Positions 15,001 through 25,118 of a DNA stretch of 64,000 nucleotides are shown here, piece by piece (the first letter of the stretch is position 1; every line of letters starts with the position of its first letter). This DNA is from Pecten maximus (lineage: Eukaryota), in contig NC_047015.1 in the NCBI RefSeq assembly GCF_902652985.1, forward strand, positions 32,488,001-32,552,000, in the 5' to 3' direction. The notes beneath the pieces were generated by a model that saw only the letters and a list, made by a program, of their open reading frames with translations, searched no databases and was not told the origin of the DNA. The position numbers and the translations under genes are program-made.

Positions 15001-18000
15001 ACGCAGCAGGCAGTGACGACCTCGCTACTGCTGGCTGGCTACTTCTAGAGGTACTTATCAGCATTCAAGTTTTATGATTATTTGTTTGTAGACTTCAACT
15101 CGGTTCATTTGACTCTTGCTCAGCGAAGAAAACTGGTGTTTGAAAAGCTAAAATGTAGTTTTTTAATGATTTTGTGCAAAGCAAACTTACTGTAGTAGTA
15201 AAATCTGTTGTTTCATATAAACCTAGGACACTCTTAGTTCTGGCCTTTTATGCTGGATCTATGGTTCCTGCTAGTACTTCCCAGTCAGTTAGGCGACACC
15301 ACTGACAAAATTTATTAAATATTATGTCCCATCACTAACGTTTCAATTATTTTGATCATTACACAACAAGGCTAGCAATATTATATTACAATAATATTTT
15401 ATAAAGAAAATTTATCATTACACTGTACTATTAGATAAAAGAGGTACGCTAGAATGAAATGGACCCCTAGTGTATAAAACATAGGATTTGAGTTGTTTTC
15501 CCTGGCTAAAAGAAGATTTCTGGTTTTAGGCTACAACTTCAGTTATCTCCCCTGACACATGTTGTCCCGTTTTTCTTATTTCAGGCCAAAGCTGCAGTCA
15601 ATGCTACATGTTTTGATGGCAACACATCTCTTCATGTGGCTTGTGGCCGGCAGAATGTTGGTATGGTAGCCCTCCTGATGGCAGCTGGGGCTGACCCAAA
15701 AATTGAGAACATGGACTACGAAGATGAGAGTTCAGAGAATGAAAATGAGGATGAGAAAGACAAAGATGAGATGATAAGAAAGGACAAGTGTCAGCGAGGT
15801 CGTACAGCAGAGGACTTTGCAATGGACAATGATAAGGTGGCTATTACATATATAGGTATTTTAACCGAATGTAGTATTAGATATACTTAGGCCAAGTAAA
15901 AACATCTTTTAAAAATGATTGGGAAGGTATACATAACTAGGTAAATAAATATTTAGAAGGCTGTAATGGGCATTAAACTTGTAAATAAATAGAAGTATTG
16001 ATAACTTAAATTCTGCTTCCAAAATAATCGTAGCAAAAAATTCAGTTAACACAAAATATGTTAGGGTTGTTAGGGAAACAAGCAGTTTGTTTGTGCTCTG
16101 CCTTTTATAAACAGATAGCAGAATGTTTTATTGTGATCTGTCGGAGGTGCCATACTCTTATTTCATGCATTTGACTCATAATGTTTAAAAGTGTAAACAT
16201 TTTGTTTAGTTTCAAATGTTTGGTATTATTGTCCCCTATTAACAGTTATGTCTAACTCTAGGTCCTAGATACTGTAAAGAGGTAATAATATTCAAGACTA
16301 TCTATTATGATACACCCATCAAATTTCAGTAGTTTGATTTTTGTCCGGAGATCTCCTCCCACACATTCTTTGAAACTAGGAAGGCTTTATAATCGTGATA
16401 TATGATTGTCTTTAATGAGTTGGAGGCTAACTTCTGATTGCTTGTATTCCTTAAACTGTTTGAAAATTAACTTTGACATGGTAATAAATTATGAGTGTTA
16501 AAAAAGGCCATCTAACCACTCATAATGTGGTTCTAATCTGATTTTACTGCAATATGGTATGTAACACTATGGCATTCAATGGACATATATTGTGGTGCAC
16601 TTTAGTATTTCCAAAGATATAATTAAGTAGCCAAAAAAAGGATTCCTAAAAAGAGGTTAACCACTTAGAGACCATTACAGCCTACTTCCCCATTTCTGCC
16701 AAAGATGCATACTTTTACACCAAACTTTTGGTAATTGTGAAAAAAGTGAACAATCGTTTGATCATCCTGTATTGATATTCTGTTGTAGATTCTAAAGGTG
16801 TTGTATGGACACCCCTATACAAGTATGAGTGAGATTCATGAGGAGGCTGACAACAGGGAATATGAGCAAACAGCTGAGATGTTCACCTCCCTGTCCCTGG
16901 TGAAAGGTGAACAGGAGGAAACTGGCCTCAGTAGTATAGGTCCCATCACCGACGGTGAGTCCTAGGGTGTTATTGTGGGTGATGATAGGAGAGAGGGTGG
17001 ACCCCCGTACTGGTGAGTCCTAGGGTGTTATTGTATGTCATGGTAGGAGAGAGGGTGGACCCCTGTATTAGTGAGTCCTCAGGTGTTATTGTATGTGATC
17101 GTAGGAGAGAGGGTTGACCTGTACTGGCGAGTCCTAGGGTGTTATTGTATGTCATGATAGGAGAGAGGGTGGACCCCTGTATTAGTGAGTCCTCGGAAGA
17201 TATTGTGTGTGATGGTAGGAGAGAGGGTGGACTCGTACTGGTGAGTCCTAGGGTGTTATTGCGGGTGATGATAGGAGAGAGGGTGGACCCGTACTGGTGA
17301 GTCCTAGGGTGTTATTGTATGTCATGATAGGAGAGAGGGTGGACCCCTGTATTAGTGAGTCCTCGGAAGTTATTGTATGTCATGGTAGGAGTGAGGGTGG
17401 ACCCGTACTGGTGAGTCCTCGGGTGTTATTGCGGGTGATGATAGGAGAGAGGGTGGACCCGTACTGGTGAGTCCTGGGGTGTTATTGTATGTGACGGTAG
17501 GAGAGAGTGTGGACCCCCATACTGGCGAGTCCTAGGGAGTTATTGTATGTGATGGTAGGAGAGAGTGTGGACCCCCATACTGGCGAGTCCTAGGGTGTTA
17601 TTGTATGTCATGGTAGGAGAGAGGTTGGACCCGTACTGGGGAGTCCTCGGGTGTTATTGTATGTCATGGTAGGAGAGAGGGTGGACCCCTGGTGAGTTCT
17701 AGGGAGTTATTGTATGTGATGGTAGGAGAGAGGGTGGACCCGTACTGGTGAGTCCTAGGGTGTTATTGTATGTGATGGTAGGAGAGAGGGTGGACCCGTA
17801 CTGGTGAGTCCTAGGGTGTTATTGTATGTGATGGTAGGAGAGAGGGTGGACCCCTGGTGAGTCCTAGGGAGTTATTGTATGTGATGGTAGGAGAGAGGGT
17901 GGACCAGTACTGGCGAGTCCTAGGGTGTTATTGTATGTGATGGTAGGAGAGAGGGTGGACCCCTGGTGAGTCCGAGGGAGTTATTGTATGTGATGGTAGG

Positions 18001-19692
18001 AGAGAGGGTGGACCCCTGGTGAGTCCTAGGGAGTTATTGTATGTGATGGTAGGAGAGAGGGTGGACCCGTACTGGTGAGTCCTAGGGTGTTATTGTATGT
18101 GATGGTAGGAGAGAGGCCTTGATTGACCCCTGTACTAGGATTAAGTATTTAATTGAGACAGATCAATTTATTACTTTGCAATAAAATGCATCCTGAAAAA
18201 AACATTTATGCTGAAAAGGCAATCGTGTCAGACATAATATAAAACTGTGAATTGTTACATCATCAAGGAACACAGCAACTGGTTCAAACTTATTTGAAGA
18301 CAATTTGCTAACACATCTGGTTACGTGTACCTGTATTAAACGTGTCTTTATCTGTGACAGGAGGTGACATGGCCAGCATCACATATCCACAGAGGGTGAA
18401 GCTCTCCCAGTTGCTGGACCCTGACAGGGAGGGACAAGACTGGCGCTCACTGGCAGACAGACTTGGCTTCAGCAAACTAATCTCAGGCAGCCAGACAGGA
18501 CACAGTCCTACCCGCATCCTCTTCACTTACTACGAGGTCACATTATTATTTAGTATTTCATAATCTGATGTTGCTATCCTCTCATAATTAATAAATCCAG
18601 TTACTTTTCTATCCTGATTCTCAAAAATAGGATGTCATTGTTTTCCCCCTTATTACATGAAGTATGGAGTATTATTTAGTTGTCTCATTTGTTTGTCAGT
18701 CTATCCATCATGTTTTCCATACTTATCTAGAATACAAACTACCACAGGCTGTTTTAAATTGGTTTGGTAATTTCACACCAGACAAATAACCCAACTTTAA
18801 CCACATCAAAAATATCTCAATTTACAGAGTTATGACCTTTCGTTCATTTTTATGCCTCCGCTATGAAATAGAGGGGCATATAGTGTTACCCATGTCCATC
18901 CCGTCCGATGCAATGTAACTAGCTAATCTGAGGAACTGCTGATGCAATCCTCATCAAACTGTGTTTTGCGGTGTCAAGTGGCAACGGGAACATTTATGTC
19001 TTACAGACATTTTCTAGTTTATATATCAAAGATTAGACAGAGTTGGGGGACCATGAATTGTTTGAAATACTTTGCCTTGTAAGACTTCTTTCAGAAATTA
19101 CAAAGGATTTATTTTAATTACTAACACTTTTTTAATTGAACAGGAATGTGGTGGAACTGTAAAGCGACTGAAAGATGCACTTATGGCTTTACACAGGACA
19201 GATGCTGTCAAACTCTTATCTCACCCAGACTCCGAAACTACAGGTATGTATACACAGGACAGATGCTGTCAAACTCCTATTTCACCCAGACCCCGAAACC
19301 ACAGGTATGTATACATAGGACAGATGCTGTCAAACTCTTATCTCACCCAGACTCCGAAACTACAGGTATGTATACACAGGACAGATGCTGTCAAACTCTT
19401 ATTTCACCCAGACCCCGAAACCACAGGTATGTATACATAGGACAGATGCTGTCAAACTCTTATCTCACCCAGACACTCTTATCACAAATATGCATAGACT
19501 AAGGCAAACAATTTGTTGATTCTTTCGAAATAGAAAAATAAAAACATCTATAATTGCTTAATATTTTCAAAATGTGGTGTTAAAAAATTCATTTGATCTG
19601 ATTAAACAGATGTCCGGAAGGAGAAAACCATATCATCTGAGGGCAGCCTAATAGACTCTGGACTGAATTCAAAAAGTCTGACTCTACATTAA
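1..19692 (+). CDS. NFKB1: NF-kappa-B p105/p100 (Relish-type, class I) gene, multi-exon, 5' part outside window
   Basis: GT-AG exons splice in phase into RHD-IPT-NLS-GRR-linker-ankyrin-death domain-degron. Exons: <1-87, 854-1012, 5400-5504, 6010-6104, 6493-6631, 8299-8427, 9754-9807, 10434-11198, [disrupted ~11439-11837], 13525-13642, 14245-14467, 14881-15050, 15585-15836, 16789-16954, 18361-18536, 19144-19243, 19610-19692. Orthology to NFKB1 versus NFKB2 cannot be resolved; it is probably a co-orthologue. Confidence 0.95.
854..1012 (+). CDS. NFKB1: NF-kB exon, end of RHD N-terminal domain
   Basis: AKEMQLNVVKLCFQAYL...VLSNPIYDS matches the Rel-family motif. TAG acceptor, GTAAGT donor. Confidence 0.93.
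5400..5504 (+). CDS. NFKB1: NF-kB exon, IPT/dimerisation domain
   Basis: [35 protein letters not shown] (compare p50 [28 protein letters not shown]). CAG/GT boundaries. Confidence 0.95.
6010..6104 (+). CDS. NFKB1: NF-kB exon, IPT domain
   Basis: DDISVRFVEQDEEGQVTWEAYGTFGPFDVHRQ. Not in the ORF track; read manually. Confidence 0.93.
6493..6631 (+). CDS. NFKB1: NF-kB exon, IPT domain end
   Basis: YAIVFKTPPYKDPTIDRAVNVLIMLQRKSDSESSDPKSFTYYP. CAG acceptor, GTAAGT donor. Confidence 0.93.
7287..8219. mobile_element. Tc1/mariner-pogo (Tigger-like) MITE in NF-kB intron
   Basis: TIRs CAGTGGAACT..TTAACTCGAACTC / GAGTTCGAGTTAA.GTTCCACTG. TA on the left flank, subterminal AACTCGAA repeats, no transposase. 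Confidence 0.8.
8299..8427 (+). CDS. NFKB1: NF-kB exon: NLS and glycine-rich region
   Basis: DMDDIRKKRKKTLPIYPGSGNFGSGGGDKQRGGSGNFFGAVNG: a basic NLS followed by the Gly-rich stretch typical of p105/p100. Confidence 0.9.
8718..8880 (+). mobile_element. Helentron/DINE-1-like (HINE) fragment
   Basis: TTTATACC...GGGGGTATATTGGAATCACCCTGTCTGTCTG start with short inverted repeat and GTCY microsatellite. A related start occurs at ~9825. Confidence 0.45.
9754..9807 (+). CDS. NFKB1: NF-kB small linker exon
   Basis: TAG|AC...GAAG|GTAGGT, 54 nt, phase 1-1, reading SLSDSQGNMPTTVNQDE. Supported only by splice sites and frame. Confidence 0.6.
10434..11198 (+). CDS. NFKB1: NF-kB large Q/P/T/M-rich linker exon
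   Basis: 765-nt open exon in the frame of ORF 10457-11335. CAG acceptor and CATG|GTAGGT donor, phase 1-1. Confidence 0.85.
11439..11837 (+). other. Frame-disrupted NF-kB exon(s) preceding ankyrin repeat 1
   Basis: Fragments recognisable across frameshifts: LAKKTAKAIQLYAAT(G)D at ~11660-11710 (compare p105 LAKRHANALFDYAVTGD) and YLT..VDKDGD at ~11798-11832, followed by GTAAGT. Confidence 0.6.
11797..12405 (+). repeat. 40-bp minisatellite derived from an NF-kB exon end plus splice donor
   Basis: Unit TATCTCACCTGTATAACAGGTAAGGATGGGGACATGTAAG. About 10 clean copies at 12011-12405 and about 5 degenerate copies upstream. Confidence 0.92.
12520..13476. repeat. 29-bp intronic minisatellite, about 33 copies
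   Basis: Unit TGTGTTTGTTATATGTATCATGTAATACA, period 29. Confidence 0.97.
13525..13642 (+). CDS. NFKB1: NF-kB ankyrin-repeat exon
   Basis: PLHTCIINHQLEVVHNLLDVMETLPNAQSKINVHNRRLQ. Confidence 0.9.
14245..14467 (+). CDS. NFKB1: NF-kB ankyrin-repeat exon
   Basis: [39 protein letters not shown]...ELDIKNID. Confidence 0.93.
14881..15050 (+). CDS. NFKB1: NF-kB ankyrin-repeat exon
   Basis: GLTPLHISAQ...ADVNMADGKSGRTALHYAA, the IkB-type ankyrin motif. Confidence 0.93.
15585..15836 (+). CDS. NFKB1: NF-kB ankyrin exon with acidic insert
   Basis: AKAAVNATCFDGNTSLHVACGRQNVGMVALLMAAGADPKIEN, then an acidic run, then GRTAEDFA. Same layout as p105 ANK6-7. Confidence 0.92.
16789..16954 (+). CDS. NFKB1: NF-kB exon between ankyrin repeats and death domain
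   Basis: ILKVLYGHPYTSMSE...GPITD. TAG acceptor, GTGAGT donor. Confidence 0.8.
16955..18116 (+). repeat. About 56-bp (53-58) minisatellite starting at a splice donor, about 20 copies
   Basis: Unit GTGAGTCCTAGGGTGTTATTGTATGTGATGGTAGGAGAGAGGGTGGACCCGTACTG. Confidence 0.96.
18361..18536 (+). CDS. NFKB1: NF-kB death-domain exon
   Basis: GDMASITYPQRVKLSQLLDPDREGQDWRSLADRLGFSKL...SPTRILFTYYE. Confidence 0.92.
18847..19020 (+). mobile_element. Short Helentron/HINE-like element
   Basis: T-run start TTTTTATGCCTCC..GAGGGGCATA (inverted repeat), GTCC microsatellite, 3' hairpin TGTCTTACAGACA and CTAGTTT end. Confidence 0.55.
19144..19243 (+). CDS. NFKB1: NF-kB death-domain end exon
   Basis: ECGGTVKRLKDALMALHRTDAVKLL. 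Donor CAG|GTATGT. Confidence 0.88.
19191..19473 (+). repeat. 61-bp tandem repeat of exon 3' end plus donor, about 4.6 copies
   Basis: GATGCTGTCAAACTC recurs at 19201, 19262, 19323, 19384 and 19445. Confidence 0.95.
19610..19692 (+). CDS. NFKB1: NF-kB terminal coding exon with DSGxxS phosphodegron
   Basis: DVRKEKTISSEGSLIDSGLNSKSLTLH-TAA, in phase with the previous exon. Confidence 0.82.
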
Positions 19693-19974
19693 CATAAGAG
19701 AACATTAACATAGGAGATGGCTGAGGAGTGCCACTGTGTTATAAGTCACAGTGTCCACTGGCTGTACAGAATAGTGCTACGACTGTGTACGTTTTACAAC
19801 AACATGGCCTTGTCAATGGTATATACATGATTATGTTTTACATAGGTTACTGTATATATAGGTCACTGATCATATCAGATATTGTATAGGTCACTGTATA
19901 TATATAGGTTACTGTATATATAGTGAAGTTTGTATATATTGCTCATTGTCTCCTATATTCAGAACATGATGATA

Positions 19975-20236
19975 TTTAGCAATCCTGACATCCTTGAGTA
20001 AAGGTCCGGGGTGTGTGGTTTAATCCCTACCCCAGGTGGTTTAAGTTTCTCCAGAAACTGAGATAACAGACTGCACTGCGTCGTGGTTGTGTCCTTGGGC
20101 AAGACACTTTACCCTTATTTCTCTGGATGGCATGTGGCAGACCTCTTGTATGCTGTTAAGTGAGGTAGCTACCACCTACTGCAAGCCACATCAAAATGAC
20201 TTTGGCTGTCCATCGGGCGATAAACCCAGCAAAACA
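19975..20236 (+). mobile_element. Degenerate tRNA-derived SINE
   Basis: B-box-like GGTTTAATCCC (~20017), central GTGTCCTTGGGCAAGACACTT motif typical of CORE/V-type SINEs, and tail ATGACTTTGGCTG...TAAACCCAGCAAAACA. A similar tail fragment lies at ~56515-56565. Confidence 0.6.
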
Positions 20237-20457
20237 GTGATTGTGTATTAGAGATTCATTGCTCCTTGTTTAAGTACCAAAACATAGTTGTACATAGTAT
20301 TTGAACTGTTGTTCATGTCAAAGTATTATCATTTCTAATTTCCATAAGATTTCACTAACAAATTAAAGAGCAGTCATTTTGGGAAATGTATCTAGGTTAT
20401 AAAGTGTACATACAAAAATATGTTTTCATTGATCATTTTAACTACTTTGATCAAATA

Positions 20458-21129
20458 CTGTATATGACCTAATAAGGGCGCAGGGCACGGGTTATTGACA
20501 TTCTGATTTTTTATGAAACAGACTATACCTTATAGCAGAATACCCAAGGCTGTGGAAACAGTAAAATATTCAGTCAAAAAAATATTCCAGATGAAGATAT
20601 CTATTCATTATCATATATTGAGCTTAAAAATCAATTGAATATTCCTGTAAACTTGTAAACCATGCCAGCTGATCTTTAGACCAGAGAGCATGTGTTCCAT
20701 CATGTATGTTCAAATGGAACTCTTTTGTGTTCTATTTATAGACACAGGTGATTTCCCAGATCATATCAGACATTGTTTTCTTTGACCTAATAATTGATTT
20801 ACAATGTCTTTTACTAGCTTTCTGTTCTGAACAAAAAGTTAGTTAACAACAAGAATGAAAATCTTTTCCTTTATCTTCAAATAAAGATGGTAAGTTATAA
20901 TTTGAATGTGTGTTTAGTTTCGGGTGCGCTTTGCACCGACGTCTGTAGGAATAGACAAAATGTGGCGAAAACTTGTGTTCCAGTGACTTAATTTGCTGAA
21001 GAAAATTGAACACACAAAGTAGGAAAACATTTCACATGAATTATTACTTTTGAACACCATTTTGACACTCAGTCACAGATTTTTTTCCTTGGAAAAAAGG
21101 TAGGGGCACCCTTATTAGGTCATATACGG
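20458..21129. mobile_element. Tc1/mariner-type MITE
   Basis: TIR C(T/C)GTATATGACCTAATAAGGG(C/T)GC at both ends, with TA target duplications at 20456-57 and 21130-31. Confidence 0.85.
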
Positions 21130-22541
21130 TACATTTATTTCTTGAGAATTTCATTTTTTTTTTTTTTTTTTTGTCTATTTCATTATTTGTATATTTCTTA
21201 ATGTTTTTCTTGTTGGCCAAGTTGATGTCAACTTTGCAAAAATATAGTAAATCCAGTTGCATGAAATTTTGTGTGCCCGAAATACCTTTGAAAAAATAGG
21301 TACACATTTATCCCAAGCAAATTCAGCCAAGTTGCATGTAACGAAAACTGACTATTTTTCTGTTATTTCCATTTTTGAAAATATCACCTTTTTTTTCAAA
21401 ATTCAGAAGGTATATAATGCCAAATCAAGTAAAAATTAGATTATTTACCATATTACTTGATTTATATGTTAACAATATGTACGTGCATGTTTGGGTATAG
21501 TGTGGCCTGCTGTATTTGTTTGTGAATTCTTACACAATATGGTTGTAAGATTGAATGCCATAAGCTTTAGAATTCCCTTCAAACATAACACATTTACACA
21601 CTGCTGAGGTACAAAAACTATAAACGTCTTAAAAAATTTTAAAGAAAATTTAATGAATTAATTAAATGAGGCGTTTGAAAATAATATCATTGAAATATAA
21701 CCATAACTGTACATTGTATTTGCAAATGAGTACATTTCAAGGGTAGATCCAGTAGTTTGCCAAGAGGGATTGCCATGGACTTGGTACATGTTACAGTCTG
21801 ATGTTGCTACAGTCAGACTTGGTTTCAGATGTTATATGTTACAGAAAAAAAAATGTAGTTGAAAAAAAACACATTTAAATTCTATCACCTTTAGACATGA
21901 ACTTACAATTCTGGTTTTTGTTTATGTAACAATTTAATCCTTTATTGATTTGGTAATACAAGACATGATAATATCATGATCTTTTACACTGTAGATGTAT
22001 TAATGTTTTTGTACACTTAAAATTAGGGGCAATATTGAATGTTAATATATTAACACATTGACACAACATATATATGTAATGTAGATCCAATATGTAAAAC
22101 ATCCAATTTTCTCCATAAAACTGTCTTGGTCAACTGAAAAGTCAATAAACAATTAGGTTAAACATATTAAAACTGACACCTAGTTTATTGGCAGGCCAGA
22201 GAATATTACAATATAATGTAACACCTAGTTATTTAATATATTACATTGTTAAATGATTCAAACTTCTATATGTTTACAACATCATTTAGAGGATGATAAA
22301 TTCATTACACTTTCTGTACTTGTCGTCGGAGCATACTCCATTGCATATTGATCATGTAGTTGTTGCTTTTCCTAAGAGATGTGCCCAATGGTACTCTTAT
22401 TATATATCTGTTATGTATATATACATGTATATATACACTTGTATTTTAAATACAAATCATTGTTATGGTTTTGAAAATGTTTTTTATCATAATACTGAAA
22501 AGAAATTGATGTACGTTTGAAAAAAATGAAAGTGAAATGGT

Positions 22542-22547
22542 AATAAA
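22542..22547 (+). promoter_or_regulatory. Candidate polyadenylation signal of the NF-kB gene
   Basis: AATAAA followed ~15-35 nt later by a GT/T-rich tract. No transcript evidence; other AATAAA hexamers exist upstream. Confidence 0.3.
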
Positions 22548-23127
22548 AGAAAATCTAATAATTTGTTGTTTTTAATTTGTGTACCGAGTTACCTTCACAG
22601 TCTCATTACAGACAACACTGTTTAATACTTAATTATTAACGATACAGTCAGGTAGCAAAGTTTGTATTAAGTCGTCTTCGGAAACAATGCCCATGGGCCT
22701 AAATGGTCATCTGACTTCAAATACCTACAGCAAGGAGAATGAAAGCCGTTATACTCCCACTTTTTTCAGTAAAATCTCACTTAGAATCTGTTTTCTGGTA
22801 AGTAGTTGGTAACTACAGTATTTGTTTTTATAATCATCAAAATCATTTAAAGCCAAAAAAAAGTACTGGCTTTTGTAATAATCAAAATCATTTAAAGTTA
22901 AAAAAAAAAATGAGCTAATTTTCCCCATTTTGGGGTTCTCCTCTTTGTCCAATGAGTTCAAACAAGCCTTACGTATTTCAGAAATGATTCCAACTCTTTC
23001 AGTGATGTATTTCAGTTCAAATTTGGTTGAAACAACGAATTTCTTTTTAAGACCCCAACCTATGGTTCAAGGCGTCAAACTAGCGTGATTTATATGAATT
23101 AGGATTGCCCTCTTCCAATGAGACCAA

Positions 23128-23620
23128 TAAACTAGAAAGCGTACAAAGGCGTGTTACAAGATTAATAACAAAGTGACGTAATCCAGAGAGGACGCATGCA
23201 TGACAAAAATGCTACAAGATCTAAACCTTCCAACACTCCAAACCAGAAGAAAACACCAACGTCTCGTATACTTGTACAAAGTTATAGAAGGACAAAATAT
23301 CACCTGAACACTCGATCATACTTCCACACAAAAACGGATAATCAAGGCAAAATCTTGCATGGCCTGTGAAACATTCAACATTGTTCCAACATCTGTGAGA
23401 AACGACAGCAAACCTGTAATCATCACATCTGGAAAAACTGAATAATTCAGGGAAAAAACATTCTTTATGCGCACAGCAATTAACTGGAAGACAGCAACAT
23501 CGCTAGCGCCAAAGTTGAGTACTTCACGGGACACCACGATTTATTGCTCCTTTCCTCGGTCATATTATAGCCAAACTGGAAATCTCTGACGTACTGATAT
23601 ATATTTATAGCGATACAGAT
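23128..23620 (+). mobile_element. CR1-group LINE 3' remnant
   Basis: Broken reading KLESVQRR...MTKMLQDLNLPTLQTRRKHQRLVYLYKVIEG...FFMRTAINWK, typical of the CR1-like ORF2 C-terminus. Confidence 0.65.
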
Positions 23621-24547
23621 GATACGTCAGACGAAATATAGTTGTAATACACTCTGACATTAAGGGGCCCCGTCCCCTTGAGTCGAACCAGCATGATTTG
23701 TATTAATTATTATTGTCCTCTCCCAATGATACTTCAGACGAAATTTGGTTGTTATCCACACATGCATTAAAGAGAAGTAGCGTTTAAAGAAAAAAGAAAA
23801 AAACCTAGCTAAGTTCCCCTTTGGGGCCGTCCCTCTGTCTCCAAAGGTCGAAACAGCTCATGTATATAATGTGACTTGTAAAGCAGTTTCAACAATTCTT
23901 TTAGACCCAGTGAGCACACATGCGCCTATATTTCCAAATGTGTGTTAAATTAAAATCCAGTTATGTCAATGAATGTATCCAAGGAAACAGAACAATTCTA
24001 TTTCCGAGAAAAAATCATTGTTTTCCAATCGCAAGTCCACATGCAAAACTTCCATGTATTATATGGATTGATGGTATTTTGGTACCGTGCTCTTCAATAA
24101 ATCCACGGATAAAAGAAATTAGGGATCAATTATTATAATGTTAAATAAGATTTGTAGCAAGACAAACATTTCTACAAACTGGTACTGGTTTTGTTAAATT
24201 CAGTAGCAATCTATTTTGTTTGGGCAGATGCAAATATTTTATCTGCAAGTTGAAAGCCCATGTACCTGGGTAAACTAGCGCATTCCGCGATGTTTGTTAG
24301 TTGTCCTGTGTTGTAGTCGCCCAGTTTTGATAACTCGGCAAAGATAGGATCATAATTTGGGCAATTTGTATGCTCAGTCATAAACTTCAAGGGGATATAT
24401 GTAAATGGCGTACCCATAATGCACGTCCGTTACATCTTATACATACATCTGTAAAATTAATCGTGAAACATTCTTTATTGCCGACTGTTGAAAAAACGTC
24501 TAAAATTTTCCATACGGAGTTGAACAATCCGCAACCGCTTTGTTGTT

Positions 24548-24878
24548 TACAACACATTATCTGCACTTTGTTATTTATAAAACAACAACATATTATCTGC
24601 ACTTTGTTATTTATAAAACAACAACATATTATCTGCACTTTGTTATTTACAAAACAACACATTATCTGCACTTTGTTATGTACAGAACAACAACACATTA
24701 TCTGCACTTTGTTATTTACTAAACAACACATTATCTGCACTTTGTTATTTACAAAACAACACATTATATGCTCTTTGTTATTTACAAAACAACAACACAT
24801 TATCTGCACTTTGTTATTTACAAAACAACAACACATTATCTGTACTTTGTTATTTACATCACAGTATCTGCACTTTGG
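24548..24878. repeat. 33/36-bp minisatellite, about 9-10 copies
   Basis: Unit CATTATCTGCACTTTGTTATTTACAAAACAACA, with or without one ACA. Confidence 0.93.
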
Positions 24879-25118
24879 TTGTGACAATTGTTATCCTTAA
24901 CACGCAATCATTTTAAACGTTCCTTAAACATTTTGTAAATAGTCAGTTGGGATAAACCACATCTGTCGATCACCTTTTCCAAAGCATGTATCCTTATATT
25001 ATCATCCATATCAGGAAGATGAGACTTGAGCGGTGTTCACTGTAAACGATGTTATCTATTCCACCAATTGATCCACTTCGATAAATGTCCGATTTGATCA
25101 CTGATGTATTCAAGTGAG

